Virus record (IMG/VR): IMGVR_UViG_3300037067_008087
Coordinates: 1-64,000 of that record
From: a virus
Lineage: Duplodnaviria > Caudoviricetes
Length of the DNA stretch: 64,000 nucleotides
Direction: 5' to 3' (one strand)
Made by a program: the position numbers and the translations under genes. The notes beneath the pieces were generated by a model. The model ran no database searches. It was not told the origin of the DNA and saw nothing but the letters and a program-made list of their open reading frames with translations. Positions 47,201-56,658 of the stretch are shown piece by piece. Each line of letters opens with the position of its first letter. Positions within the stretch are counted from its first letter, which is position 1.

Positions 47201-48031
47201 AACACCCGGAGCCGTGCTCGCGAACCTAGCAACCCTTACCTCTGGGGTTACAGACAATTCAAGAACCAACGGCACTACACCCATCAATCCATCAAGGGTA
47301 GCCCCAACAAAAGTGTCTGGCATTTCCCTGAAATCATCTGCCGCAGTCTCATACCAATCAGCTAAACCATAAAGCGGATTAGACGTCCCTTCAAGACCCT
47401 GTATTAAAAGGCCTAATTCCTTTTTCTTGTTTTCGTCTTTCTCCCTGATATAGTTTTCCTGAAGACCTGATTTTAATTTATGTATAGGGCTATATGCGCT
47501 GAATAGCTTACTGACTAAATATCCCGGGACACCACCCAATGCGGCATCTGCATCCTCTAAAACATTACCAGCCCCACGGAATGTATTGGCGAAGTGTTTA
47601 TATAAACTATTAACAGTCCCACCAGTATGAGTGAGAAAACTCTTATCCTCTATTGGCTTAGATGCCTCTATTTTGGATGTTAAATCCAATATATCAAAAT
47701 CCAGCTTATCTGATACGGCATTATAACCAACAGGTTTCGGCCTTGTTATCTGAAGATTAGTAAGGTCGTTCTTGTATTGTGTCTGTAAATCATTCTTGCG
47801 CTGTGCAAACTGATCTAATGTTAGTGCCGGTACTGTAGGAGTTTCACGAGATGGTGATACAGACGTTCCACCCATCCCTTGATATGGATAAGCGCTTGTT
47901 GAAGATACGGATTCCCCTTCTTCTTTTTTTTTTAAGTATTCATCTACAGCAGATGTGCTTAATTTTTTAGTCGCTTGTTTCTGCCCAAGATATTCGTCAA
48001 CGAATGATGTTTTTATTATTGGATTAGGCAT
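41252..48031 (-). CDS. Giant internal virion/ejection protein (polyvalent-like)
   Basis: 2259 aa, last of four genes after the muzzle; internal GNAT-like and SH3-like segments; Lys/Pro-rich linker. Confidence 0.7.
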   Translation of the reverse strand: MPNPIIKTSFVDEYLGQKQATKKLSTSAVDEYLKKKEEGESVSSTSAYPYQGMGGTSVSPSRETPTVPALTLDQFAQRKNDLQTQYKNDLTNLQITRPKPVGYNAVSDKLDFDILDLTSKIEASKPIEDKSFLTHTGGTVNSLYKHFANTFRGAGNVLEDADAALGGVPGYLVSKLFSAYSPIHKLKSGLQENYIREKDENKKKELGLLIQGLEGTSNPLYGLADWYETAADDFREMPDTFVGATLDGLMGVVPLVLELSVTPEVRVARFASTAPGVVGKAVNIPKLATLEGMKGLYRGTKTGDNTKDRLKSGLVGAVEGFTAGSVLHSLGVGSGMLGNLVGQATKSAVLSGSAASLANGIGFMGYDVYNQYTQNGEVDWGTAAESLGVGIGLGLPGVPRLIGTDVKRAVIRNAYNKAAKNFMSASPKAIDLVQSMDIEPSKLRERSIELGDQAAQETNIQRKNELLSSKTLIDNIIDINAISKDVIVNPDLYRKSIQESDLPDATKKTQLDKIDKIIENNKKIQDDVDVRILDNRKEFQEPELFINEETRRTINDIDGELPVINDRIRKASDNLYEEYKRLESSKLSQTRKNTIEEIETAQKFLEKEISDLENLWQEQAKSDMFKKRSDVTAKPVIGVSEKTPSTNSIKKILKAGENTFTRKITKDGEEFGEITIEEKPEGWEVKRVDVNEEGRGFGKQVYRSLNEEAGQQGDVIKSDRPDKISSKARNMWDSLVRSEEAEKMEDGSYRMKPSANFKAKPEPVKEEVSAAVEVQPEAKVARPIKREAKAPKAEAAKEATPKVEAAKPKEETPKVEPPKAEPTPKTERADFAVGDKVKDKERGFSGVVQEVNPNGDLVVRSNEGVIAQYKDTSSSLELSKRDLVRDGVAEVKAKTEPVAEKPKPVMPEKKEVTKKEPPKNKIKPIEKKAEPKPKAIEKPKEKIKQAAEPIKEEPKETSTNPKVSDGERQYELIEGNKAGEYVVDEYFEGRGAAEQARRKLQTTNPEYSWKYEAMDYGGARTHTVSAKLKTPKAEPIKKAKGYTDLTDISREKNKGTEKPKNKIKPVEKVKQTYTDLTDLGVAEKPKIKQGVKTEAPKNKIKPTEKIKQGGITDLTKLKVNDNKNKTGIPSEKRVGEKLKQTKPDKTTSSKKTETSGNVQEKRKVVDRDIKLSTRPRMNAKGDVVGVEHYIEAGDKTYRVVESRGTWYAVNPSDPKTISAGKPFGKGAEGEKAAKAYLIRKATGIDVEAVEKKTAEKTVIPPSPKGGTALPPGMSGEQYRQWKEAQKTPEGRNKTAAEWMKDRFKEEEDKQRSKPAGAGFWDNAFNAFRTGKEKFKEKNISEGLKYWWKSYGGIPKSSARIIRSTKNAIEAVKYDTVNLLKNMTKELEGRLSDQDKKMINSAMKQFADIGDTRVIGEMIDRFETLLSDSFKEDLLQARALMDSHSRRIAQLQMINTPLAEAITARQGFYMTRTYKVHTDRRYTWENIPAAVKDAALPIFMEYNPYKSIFNQSSDLLKNPKEEWMKKNKQDAIVEAYKDGRLLDAVNDGRITASDFIDLVVSAEKANKGNFGIPEEVYNKRIKEQAEHADIATGMMKQMVEVGDIADFVLRSGPRMLDADVRSLKRRSEFLTDNPEVRELLGENTDPFYNIATTLFRQTELLAKGKMYEAIKDDLLAQGLISEHQSASKNHIAQIKLNYQFSGKPGTKALSEYYTTPEIAKNFNDLLQPKSESSLAMKLWLGSMSAAKISKTALSVKGTVRNFKSNLMNVVANGNFNTISTAKEIANQLKDRNGFTRELISRGIIGDSTNVGDIMRNIEDMSSKNSIFRVGDETLGEKIKRKTVMPALKTYAWADDVWKVYRYVSEYLRYGDVYKKMGMNDVDAIEMAKTKASDILHDTSTYYSELPRIIQLARKTPWSQTFISFPYSTMVNFLKGTELGWKEIKDPYTRNIGMQRLSGHLASIVALSAVSAYRNRKNGQSAEDVEGWKRYLPDYWKNDIITITEDHGNGTATYVNNSYMDYYGSITTPLLMVGRKAALGTLQTEDLINAAKEFVGKFVGYEMTFKAYVDLIKNSNDNGYAIYNEEDTWSNKFKDITWYLAENLYLPATITDLMKVNETRKEGGDWGHALLAMGKGAQSRKIDPVRSMQSYIFPNYKKRIESARDIYSEVLRGYNRYIAPNNMEKDQLANAKFEAEESLNNVINSIREDYYEAIRLGNKPADVSAALKNARFDADIREAIFSNRKVKLNDKGQIILGDRVE

Positions 48032-48033
48032 AA

Positions 48034-49551
48034 TTAAAACTCCTCTCCTTTATCTTTGAAATATTTTTTTAAATATTCAACAACCTCTTCTTCTGTCACT
48101 CCCGGATTTTCCTCCATTGTTTTATTTATAAGAGTCCGTTGTGTTGAAGTATAAGTTGGTGTGTTTTTAGTCACTAAAGTTCCTTCTGTCGTTGGCGCTA
48201 TATTATAATCAAGCGGCAACCCTTCATATTTAGACAATAATTCGTTTTTATATTTAGCAACAGGAACCTTAACTTTTATAACCTTTTCAGTTTCTATTTC
48301 CCCCTTATATTTCCCGTCTGGCTGTAAACTAAACTCACCATAAAGCTGTGTTGGACTATTATCATCTATTTTCTTCTCTGCTGCTGTTATCGTCTTGACT
48401 TCCTTAACCGGAGCCTTGATAGTTCCATAAATATAACCGTCTTTTATGTCTGAGAATCTTAAAGTCCCTTGCCCCGTATCCGGTAATTTACCCCCACCAA
48501 TAGGAGTTAATGTGCCGTCAAAATCTACCGGAAGAGTTTGCTCTTTATTGAAATGCACAACGTTTTCGGCGTTCTGCCCATCTAAAAGAGTCTTGTTTGT
48601 AACCCTCCAAGCCTGATCTTCGGCTCCGCTCTCCGCTGGCTTATATGGGGTCTCTTTTATGATTCTTGATGGAAATAAAGATGGCATAACATTTTGTTCA
48701 CCCCACTGTGCTGCTATCTGTTGCATGATAGGATTATCCTCTAAGTCCCTAGTAAACACATCTAATCCACCTATTTGCGACTGTTGATAAACCCTAGCTA
48801 ATCCTTCTGTTAAAACTAGAGATTCCTCTGGTGTGGCTATTTGTTCTATATTCCTCACTATCTCTTCAGGGTCTCCGAATAAAATCATATTATGCGTTAT
48901 AGCTTTTACGTTACGTTCATCCTGTAATAAATTACCATATTCATTAATATACACTTCTGGAGGAACCACATACTCACTTGATACAATAGTTTTGTTCCCC
49001 ACATTTCTTTCTACTTGCTTAATATTATCCTTATACTTATTTTGAATGGCATTAATAGATGTGTTCAAGTCTCCCCTTGTTGTCCTTAATAACCCTCCTT
49101 CTGGGAGAAGCCCAGTTTCCTCCGCTATCTTCCACCTCTCACTAAAAACATTAGGGTCATATATATCTGGGTTTTTCTGATACTTATCATATTGATCTAT
49201 AATAGCTCCCTCGTTTTGTTTAATGGTGTTATATTCTTTCATTATCTGCCCAGCTACACTCTGAATATTAAGAAGGTCTTCCGATGAGAACATCCCCCTA
49301 TTAAACCCCTTCTTACCCATACTCATTGTGGTAAGCCCATTAACAAAACTATTATACATCTCCAACATTTTATCCTGATTCTTTTTAACCACGGCATCAG
49401 GCATGTTGGTTCTTATGTTGTTGATAATAGAATTTATCTGCGTGCGGGTGCGAGTGTCTTCCGCCTGCTTTTGTTCCATGTAGGAATTAAAGCCTTGGTT
49501 TATCCCTTGTAGCAAGCCCGCTACTGCGTATTTAGTTGATATCCCTCCCAT
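48034..49551 (-). CDS. Putative ejection/internal virion protein
   Basis: 505 aa; position; helical N-terminus. Confidence 0.55.
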   Translation of the reverse strand: MGGISTKYAVAGLLQGINQGFNSYMEQKQAEDTRTRTQINSIINNIRTNMPDAVVKKNQDKMLEMYNSFVNGLTTMSMGKKGFNRGMFSSEDLLNIQSVAGQIMKEYNTIKQNEGAIIDQYDKYQKNPDIYDPNVFSERWKIAEETGLLPEGGLLRTTRGDLNTSINAIQNKYKDNIKQVERNVGNKTIVSSEYVVPPEVYINEYGNLLQDERNVKAITHNMILFGDPEEIVRNIEQIATPEESLVLTEGLARVYQQSQIGGLDVFTRDLEDNPIMQQIAAQWGEQNVMPSLFPSRIIKETPYKPAESGAEDQAWRVTNKTLLDGQNAENVVHFNKEQTLPVDFDGTLTPIGGGKLPDTGQGTLRFSDIKDGYIYGTIKAPVKEVKTITAAEKKIDDNSPTQLYGEFSLQPDGKYKGEIETEKVIKVKVPVAKYKNELLSKYEGLPLDYNIAPTTEGTLVTKNTPTYTSTQRTLINKTMEENPGVTEEEVVEYLKKYFKDKGEEF

Positions 49552-49553
49552 AG

Positions 49554-50804
49554 TTAGTAACTTATAGATGGAGTTGTTATAGGTTGAAATTGAGCCTGTT
49601 GCATTGGTATGTATGGCGTTGCTGCTGAATTATTCCCCGGTCTGTTCATGAACCATTGGGATGCCACATTACCAACCAAATTTGCCCCAGCGCCCCATAA
49701 TTGGGCGTTAGCGTTCTGGTTATTAGCCCATTGGTTATATGCCATATTACTCATATTATTCAAAGCATTTTGGGTATCTCCAGTATTAACATTTTGGGTT
49801 GCATATTGATTGTAATAATTCATATAGTTCTGATATGGATTATACTGGTTCATCTGCCATGCCTGATCCTGATATTGTGCTTGGTTTTGCAGCCCCTGTC
49901 CCATTAGGCTTGCGGCATTTAAGATAGACCGGTTTCTTAAGTCAGCCTGCTGCTGTTCCGCTGCTAGTCTCTGCTGTTGTAGCATAGTTAGTATATTAAC
50001 CGTTTGTGGAGCTAGCTGTGAATAAAAATTAGCCATATTAGCACTTGCCCCCGACTGTGCTTGTGTTAAGGCCTCCTGTCCTGTTGACCTCAATTGACCA
50101 GCCGCCGTTGCAATCCCCTGTTGTGCGGCAAGATTCCTTTCTTGTGCCGACTGAGCCATGTTAGTCGCAGCTTCCTGTGCTGTTGCCATTCGGTTATATA
50201 CATCACCATATCTCTGCCCGAACCTTTCTTGAGCCCCCATATAGTTCTGTTGATTCTGATCCCTGTATTGTGCGTTAGTTAACGCCTGTTCCCTTAACTG
50301 CTGTTGCTGCCCTCCATAAATATTAGATACTGCTCCAAGCACACCCTGACTAGAACCACCAAATTCCCTTATTCGATTAAGGGCTTGATTTGTATTTGCC
50401 CCTAAAGATTGTTCAAGTATTTTCTGCCCCGGCATATCCTGATTAGCTGCCCTTCTATACATACCGAGCATACCAGTCATGTTCTGTAATTCCATGCCAG
50501 CGCCCTTATTAACTAATCCCTGAGCAGCAGCGGCTCCTTGCGCATATTGATTTGCGATATTATTATAACCGGGGATCATTCCCTCTAGTTGCCCGGCGGT
50601 TCTTCCAAGGATATCATTAAATCTTTGATATCCATAAACACCAGCGTCTCCAGCTGCCTGAGTATAACCGCGAGCGTTATTTACGTTTTCATCATATGAA
50701 CCAAGTGCGGCATTAGTGAAACCCTGAGATATATCATCTACATAAATATCAGAAGGATTTAATTGGTTTATTGCCCCCATTAGTGTATCTATATAACTAG
50801 GCAT
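49554..50804 (-). CDS. Putative ejection protein (Gln/Ala/Gly-rich)
   Basis: 416 aa with low-complexity helical composition. Confidence 0.6.
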   Translation of the reverse strand: MPSYIDTLMGAINQLNPSDIYVDDISQGFTNAALGSYDENVNNARGYTQAAGDAGVYGYQRFNDILGRTAGQLEGMIPGYNNIANQYAQGAAAAQGLVNKGAGMELQNMTGMLGMYRRAANQDMPGQKILEQSLGANTNQALNRIREFGGSSQGVLGAVSNIYGGQQQQLREQALTNAQYRDQNQQNYMGAQERFGQRYGDVYNRMATAQEAATNMAQSAQERNLAAQQGIATAAGQLRSTGQEALTQAQSGASANMANFYSQLAPQTVNILTMLQQQRLAAEQQQADLRNRSILNAASLMGQGLQNQAQYQDQAWQMNQYNPYQNYMNYYNQYATQNVNTGDTQNALNNMSNMAYNQWANNQNANAQLWGAGANLVGNVASQWFMNRPGNNSAATPYIPMQQAQFQPITTPSISY

Positions 50805-50806
50805 GG

Positions 50807-51514
50807 TTATTTACTTTTTCTTTTATTTAAAATCTGATTTATCATATCCATTAAGCCAGATGATCTTCTTTCATTATTCTTACCCAAGCCCTCATAAGCT
50901 TTATGACTATACCGAGCTAACGCCCCCGGGGGTGCATCGTCCCATGAAAATTCCTTAGGGATATTAGAGTTGCGCTGTGTTGTGTTTGCTGGACTTTCTT
51001 GTATTAGGGATTGTGTACCGGATGGCCGCCATACATCAGGAGCTACAGCACTAGATGAGAATTGTGACATGTCTGGCAATACAATACCGCCGGACTTGTC
51101 TTGATTGTTTAACGCCATTCCCCCAAGTGCGGTCATTAAATTAGTGTACTTATTAGCTGCATCAGGGATTTCATATTTCGGGGATTGACCAAGAAGAGTT
51201 TCAAGATTAGTCATTGCAGACCTTCTCTCTATTTCCCTTTGTTCCTGAAATTTCTTTGCGTCAGCATATTGTCTGTTAGCCAAACTAGTAGCCTCATACT
51301 CTTCTCCGGTACTAGCTCCCTGCCCTTGTTTTTGTATTCGCTGTATTTCTCTTATGTCCGGTTCTATGCCTTTTGCCTCAGACTCTCTTATATATTCATT
51401 CACTTCATCATTTGCAGCCTCCTGTGCGCGACCCTTATCTTTCTTATCTTTTACTGACTTTCCAATCCCGCCAGCTAAGCCACCTAAAAATGCTAATATA
51501 CCACCTAGTGCCAT
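50807..51514 (-). CDS. Putative pilot/ejection protein
   Basis: Gly-rich hydrophobic N-terminus MALGGILAFLGGLAGG. Confidence 0.55.
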   Translation of the reverse strand: MALGGILAFLGGLAGGIGKSVKDKKDKGRAQEAANDEVNEYIRESEAKGIEPDIREIQRIQKQGQGASTGEEYEATSLANRQYADAKKFQEQREIERRSAMTNLETLLGQSPKYEIPDAANKYTNLMTALGGMALNNQDKSGGIVLPDMSQFSSSAVAPDVWRPSGTQSLIQESPANTTQRNSNIPKEFSWDDAPPGALARYSHKAYEGLGKNNERRSSGLMDMINQILNKRKSK

Positions 51515-51557
51515 TGTTATATTTTTTACAAAGTTACTAATTACTATCCTATGCCTT

Positions 51558-54500
51558 TTATGGACTTGGGGTTGACACTATTGTTACATTTCTTATGTGA
51601 GCTGCAACATTATCATCATTCTCAAGTTTACAGACTATCGTATTGCCCCTTAATTTTCTTCCCTGAAATAAGTCTATATGCCTTGTTATCCCAGTTGTTG
51701 TTGTTATGTCATACAGGAACTTAGCATGGAACTCCCCTTTTCTGCGCCTGAATCTTCGAGCCTTAAGCCTTGAATACATACGCATATATCTTCTTGTATA
51801 ATCCTTGGTGCTGATAAATTCTATATCATCATCATTAACTACTATGGAATCATTGTCTGGCATATCCCAGATAACATTAGAGTTCTCATAAATAGCAAGG
51901 AACATTTTTTCATCTGATGGGTATTCGTTTCCCACAACCCAAATCTCTGATCCGTAATCAGTCCCGTAGAAGTTACCATAATCAGCGGCCGTACTATCGT
52001 GATAATACAGATAACCATCCTTTATGGATATAAAACGAATATCCTCTATACTAGCATACATTTCAGGAATAAAAGAATAGAAACTCAGCCACCTGTTTGA
52101 CGGCTCATGGAATCCTATTGTTTCACTATTGGCAGATGTAAGGTTATCTATAAAGGTTAGATAGTACATTTTCTTGTACGAATCAAAACCAGCTCTTACT
52201 AATATATTTTCTTTACCACTACCGAGAAGTGTTTCTGCTTTAGGTCTGAAATAATTCTTCATCTTATACCGGCTTATATCTTCCGTGCCATTGTATGCTG
52301 TTCTCCATACAATACCAGATTGCATGTCAAACCCATAAATATAATTACCGTTAAAGACTATTGATTTCTTATCACTAGACCCATATGGTTCACTTCTTGG
52401 GCGGATAGAGCCTATTACACTATCTGTGTATGAAACAGTTGATTGCCCATCAGCGCCCATAGCCATCTCAGCCCCAAGATATGCAGAACTTATCTTGCTT
52501 TCCTGTATTATATTAAGCACATCTCCAGTTAATCCTATTCTTGTTATTCTACCGTAAATATCAGGAACGCTTATTTCATTATCAAAGTCTATAGTACTTA
52601 ATCCATTAACTCTTGTGTTTGGTAAAAAAACATTACTCCATAGTATATTATTTAACCTAATCTGCCTTGCATCTGGATTTGCAATGTGTGGACGCCCAAT
52701 ATTCTTAATCTTAGAATCGAAATAATTTGAATGGCTTTCTGATTCCATATAACAAACTATAGGTTTATCCGCATCAAATGTAAAATGTTGGCATATCGTA
52801 AACTCCATCTCGTCTATGTAACATATAGCAGACTGTAATGCGCTTTGGCTTCTTACAGGCACTCCATACTCAGAAGATTGTGTAACTGAATGATATGGGC
52901 TATCGGAACCCGGATTTGATATGGGGAATTTATACGGGGTTTCATAATAAATACCGGGCTTGTCTTGCTTTATTGGAGTATATAATTCAATTAAAACATA
53001 GTCAGCCGCATCTATATTGGTAGCCGAAGTGTTGCCGCTATAATCTGGGACTACTAAATATTCATTATAATCCCCACCAAGGCCTTGTATTTCATAATCA
53101 AGATAATCACTTAAAAGAGTTACTTGAGGCCTAACCTCACTCCCGTCAACAACAGCAGAGCCAAGTGTACCTATCCATCTTATCCTATCGCCCTTAGTGA
53201 ATTGATAGGTCATATTAAAATTAGGATTATTGTCCTTTGCTTGAAACATTAAATCATCATGTTTAATATACAAAAGGCCATCTTCCCTTTTAAAATCACT
53301 TACCTTAACAAGTGTTTTAGTATATGATTGAATATTAGTAAGTCCATAAAACACTCCCCAGTAGTGAGCCCACTTGGGCGGATCATTAGATATTTCTAGT
53401 TGTACTATATCAAAATATTCATTTGTAGTATGGGTTGACTGCTCACAATAATGACTAAGATAGACGCCGTCTGTTTCATTTACAAACCCCATTCTTCCAA
53501 ACTGGTCATAATATACAATACCGAGCCAATGTTTAGCCCCGTTTTTCATTGTGCCTAACTTGACATAAAAACTATAATTAACAGAATACCCACCTATCCA
53601 AGTACCTGCTTGATGTACTATATCTACATACCCACTAACATTATATGTCGCAGATACTATATTACCATCAATTGGAATTATTTTATTTGTGATATAATCA
53701 GCTAATGTTGTTATTTCCGAAAGATTTATAATATGCTTCTGTAGTGATGTCTCTATAACAAAATAGTTAGTAGTCCCAGAAATAAAATATAGTCGTTTTG
53801 TTGTTGCGTTAACTGTTGCAGCCGGGTAGTATGAACACCCATCCCAAGCGGCTGATGCATAATCAGACCGAGGAGAAGAAGATGTGATATGTGTTAATGT
53901 TACATCTACATCCACATTAGGATAACCCATGGTATTGTCGGCAAGTAATATTCTATTATCTGGCAAACATAGTATATCCCCGGATTTTACCGGCACATTA
54001 TCATATAGTTTATTTACAATAGAATCATCCAACACCTCAACAATAGTGCTCCCATCAAACCTACAATATTCATCAGCCACATCAATGGTCGCATATAATT
54101 TCCAATGGTCAAGAATAGAGTTCCTATATGCAAACTCCACTTTACTTACCGTATTTAAGCCGACATCATCAAGTTTGGGTAGGTGTCCGAATTTATTTAT
54201 TCCTGTATATAGTGATCCGTCCGGGCTTTCGTTATATGAATCCCCAATCCGGCTAATAGTTGACCATGCTGATTTTTCGTTATCATCAAAAATATATCGA
54301 GCGATAAAATGACAAGGCCTTTTTATTATATCTACATTAGATTCATTTTCAGAAGACAGACCTGATATGGTATTTTCAATAATATCTGGTTGTGGTTTAA
54401 TATAGCTTAATGTAAAGTTTCTATGTGTGTCCGAAGAATGGACGCTATACTGATCGCCGTAATAATCATAAGCCGTGTTGATTGCCTTATTAACATTCAG

Positions 54501-55340
54501 TTTCATTATCGGATTAATACCATCAGTCCAATACAACATCTTGTCATCGCCATCCCCGATTACAGTAGCCATGACGGGATTATATTTATTCCATTTAGCA
54601 ATAGTGGATGGGATACTAAGACTTGTGCTATTCAAAACCTCCGATAATCCCTCATTATATTTATAAACAGTTATAATATTATCAGACCATGGGGATACGC
54701 TACCATTAGAATCATAAGACCAAAAACAATAAAGCTCATTATCTTTAGCATAATAATATTCACCAACAATATCTTTATATGTGAAATAATTATTATAAGT
54801 ACCGTGATCACCATAAATAAATCCTAACCTTTGAGCCCCGTTTGTTTCAGATGTGTCCAGAATAGATACAATAATTTCACTTGTTAATGCTGATTGTGTT
54901 GATGTAACTGAATATATAAAATTATCCCCAAGCCCAGTTATTTTACCTGTTATACTAGATAGCGCACTAACCAAAGTGGTAAAATCAGAATGTTTATGAT
55001 ATATTTTGTGCCTTCCATTATCAGTCTCTATATTTATAATAACCCCGGCAGTGTCGTAAGTCCCTTCGTTATATAAACAATAATTAGCTATATTCAAGCT
55101 ATATATTTTCCTAGCCGGGGAAGTCCCGTTCGTTGGTGTTGGTTCGTATTGTCCACCTAAGGGGTCTATAATATTTTTAATTAATGAATTACCTAATGTC
55201 TTAGTGTAGATACCACCCCTTTCACTTTTATCCAAAGAAATATTTAAACGATACTTCCCATCGCCCTTAGGCATAACAGAAAGATCATCATCCCAGTTTA
55301 ATCCAGTACCAGTAACAAGTGGTATTCTATCAATTATCAT
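51558..55340 (-). CDS. Tail muzzle/stabilisation protein
   Basis: 1260 aa; LYWTDG.NP.MK.N, YLTF...IGFHE...RWLSFYSFIPE; follows the ring genes as in crAss-like phages. Confidence 0.75.
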   Translation of the reverse strand: MIIDRIPLVTGTGLNWDDDLSVMPKGDGKYRLNISLDKSERGGIYTKTLGNSLIKNIIDPLGGQYEPTPTNGTSPARKIYSLNIANYCLYNEGTYDTAGVIINIETDNGRHKIYHKHSDFTTLVSALSSITGKITGLGDNFIYSVTSTQSALTSEIIVSILDTSETNGAQRLGFIYGDHGTYNNYFTYKDIVGEYYYAKDNELYCFWSYDSNGSVSPWSDNIITVYKYNEGLSEVLNSTSLSIPSTIAKWNKYNPVMATVIGDGDDKMLYWTDGINPIMKLNVNKAINTAYDYYGDQYSVHSSDTHRNFTLSYIKPQPDIIENTISGLSSENESNVDIIKRPCHFIARYIFDDNEKSAWSTISRIGDSYNESPDGSLYTGINKFGHLPKLDDVGLNTVSKVEFAYRNSILDHWKLYATIDVADEYCRFDGSTIVEVLDDSIVNKLYDNVPVKSGDILCLPDNRILLADNTMGYPNVDVDVTLTHITSSSPRSDYASAAWDGCSYYPAATVNATTKRLYFISGTTNYFVIETSLQKHIINLSEITTLADYITNKIIPIDGNIVSATYNVSGYVDIVHQAGTWIGGYSVNYSFYVKLGTMKNGAKHWLGIVYYDQFGRMGFVNETDGVYLSHYCEQSTHTTNEYFDIVQLEISNDPPKWAHYWGVFYGLTNIQSYTKTLVKVSDFKREDGLLYIKHDDLMFQAKDNNPNFNMTYQFTKGDRIRWIGTLGSAVVDGSEVRPQVTLLSDYLDYEIQGLGGDYNEYLVVPDYSGNTSATNIDAADYVLIELYTPIKQDKPGIYYETPYKFPISNPGSDSPYHSVTQSSEYGVPVRSQSALQSAICYIDEMEFTICQHFTFDADKPIVCYMESESHSNYFDSKIKNIGRPHIANPDARQIRLNNILWSNVFLPNTRVNGLSTIDFDNEISVPDIYGRITRIGLTGDVLNIIQESKISSAYLGAEMAMGADGQSTVSYTDSVIGSIRPRSEPYGSSDKKSIVFNGNYIYGFDMQSGIVWRTAYNGTEDISRYKMKNYFRPKAETLLGSGKENILVRAGFDSYKKMYYLTFIDNLTSANSETIGFHEPSNRWLSFYSFIPEMYASIEDIRFISIKDGYLYYHDSTAADYGNFYGTDYGSEIWVVGNEYPSDEKMFLAIYENSNVIWDMPDNDSIVVNDDDIEFISTKDYTRRYMRMYSRLKARRFRRRKGEFHAKFLYDITTTTGITRHIDLFQGRKLRGNTIVCKLENDDNVAAHIRNVTIVSTPSP

Positions 55341-56068
55341 CTCTTAGGCGTTAAATAAAACGTGCTTCTTATCATATCCATGAACTCATCATGAGACGGA
55401 GCTTCTAAACTAACGAGCTCTGTGAGCGCTGCGCTATATACATTAAGCAACTCCTGTCTCCTACTCATCGGATAGTTATCATCAAACTTATAAAACTCAT
55501 AAAGAATATGAGCAATAAGGGCTGGTATATATTTATTAGGGATATAATTCTCTGTAGATATGTTAGTGCCTGATGTTTTATAAACAAGAACAAGTGTGGT
55601 TGATGTTGTGTTGCGTACATGTATCTTTTCTGCATCCCAATCTACAACATAATATCCATCTGTGTTAACTCCGCCCGGGGCATAATACCCGGGGCTTACT
55701 GGACTATTAACATCTTCACCTTCCTCATAATCTGTGTCTAAAGACTCAACACCACCTGTTTCTGTGATTGTATGAGTAATACTATCCCTGCGGGTTAGTG
55801 GAACTAACTCACCTGCTGCGGGCTGGTACAATCCTATAAAATCCTCCATTTCTTCGGGGAATGATATGTAATCAAGGCTGTTTAAAGTAACTTTCCTCCA
55901 CATCTTCCCTTCCCATACATAGTTGAGTCTTAGTTTCCTATACCCATCAATAGCCATTTCCAGAAATGGGAAATAATAACTTCTTGGTTTCTTAGCCTGC
56001 CATAAAGCCTTCTTAACTACTTCATGTAAGGTTTGTACGCGATCCGTATGTTGTTGTACATCACTCAT
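55337..56068 (-). CDS. Tail ring protein
   Basis: 243 aa; position and LVYKTSG...IPNKYIPAL..HI motif. Confidence 0.6.
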   Translation of the reverse strand: MSDVQQHTDRVQTLHEVVKKALWQAKKPRSYYFPFLEMAIDGYRKLRLNYVWEGKMWRKVTLNSLDYISFPEEMEDFIGLYQPAAGELVPLTRRDSITHTITETGGVESLDTDYEEGEDVNSPVSPGYYAPGGVNTDGYYVVDWDAEKIHVRNTTSTTLVLVYKTSGTNISTENYIPNKYIPALIAHILYEFYKFDDNYPMSRRQELLNVYSAALTELVSLEAPSHDEFMDMIRSTFYLTPKR

Positions 56069-56658
56069 TTAATGTCTGTTTTTAATTGAGGCATTTGTAC
56101 TCCTTGTAAAATTTGCAATACCATAGAGATAACATCAACATCCCCAGTTGGCATTGTTACCGTATCATCATCGTCAAAGGATGAAAATGGTATAGCCAGA
56201 ACCAACCTAAGCCCAGCTGTGGCTATATCACTTGTCATGTTTTCAGTGAACCATATCTTATCCTGACGCGGGATATAGCCAATCACCGTCGCTACATCAT
56301 GACTGAATAATCCATTAGCAAGTTCCCAGTCTGTTTCTCTTAATGGAACAAAATCTAAATCTGTTCCCTCCGCCGTGTTTACATGCCTAACAGCTTCTGC
56401 TGGGACAGAAAAAGCGACAAGTGGGGCGGGTAAGTCTACATAGTATCTACCAGTAGTTGAATCTTCCGTTGCTGCCTGACCTGTGTATTCTTTGGTTATA
56501 AAGTCGAAATCCTCCCATCGGTGTTCTGGTATAGTCCTTACCGCCTGTGCATACACCTTATCAATAGTCCACTCTATCACTTCTGGGCGACACCTAGGGG
56601 ACTTTCCGGTTGGGTCTACGATAAGTCGCACATAATCAATCCACTGCTTCTTGGTCAT
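56065..56658 (-). CDS. Tail ring protein
   Basis: 197 aa in a coupled run. Confidence 0.55.
   Translation of the reverse strand: MTKKQWIDYVRLIVDPTGKSPRCRPEVIEWTIDKVYAQAVRTIPEHRWEDFDFITKEYTGQAATEDSTTGRYYVDLPAPLVAFSVPAEAVRHVNTAEGTDLDFVPLRETDWELANGLFSHDVATVIGYIPRQDKIWFTENMTSDIATAGLRLVLAIPFSSFDDDDTVTMPTGDVDVISMVLQILQGVQMPQLKTDIK

Noticed and set aside
42558-47372. Multiple plus-strand ORFs opposite the giant gene (and similar ones opposite other long genes)
   Set aside because: Antisense shadows with no motifs or leaders
47690-47720. DFDILD in the giant protein as a crAss RNA polymerase DFDID motif
   Set aside because: Imperfect match, near the N-terminus, with no surrounding polymerase context
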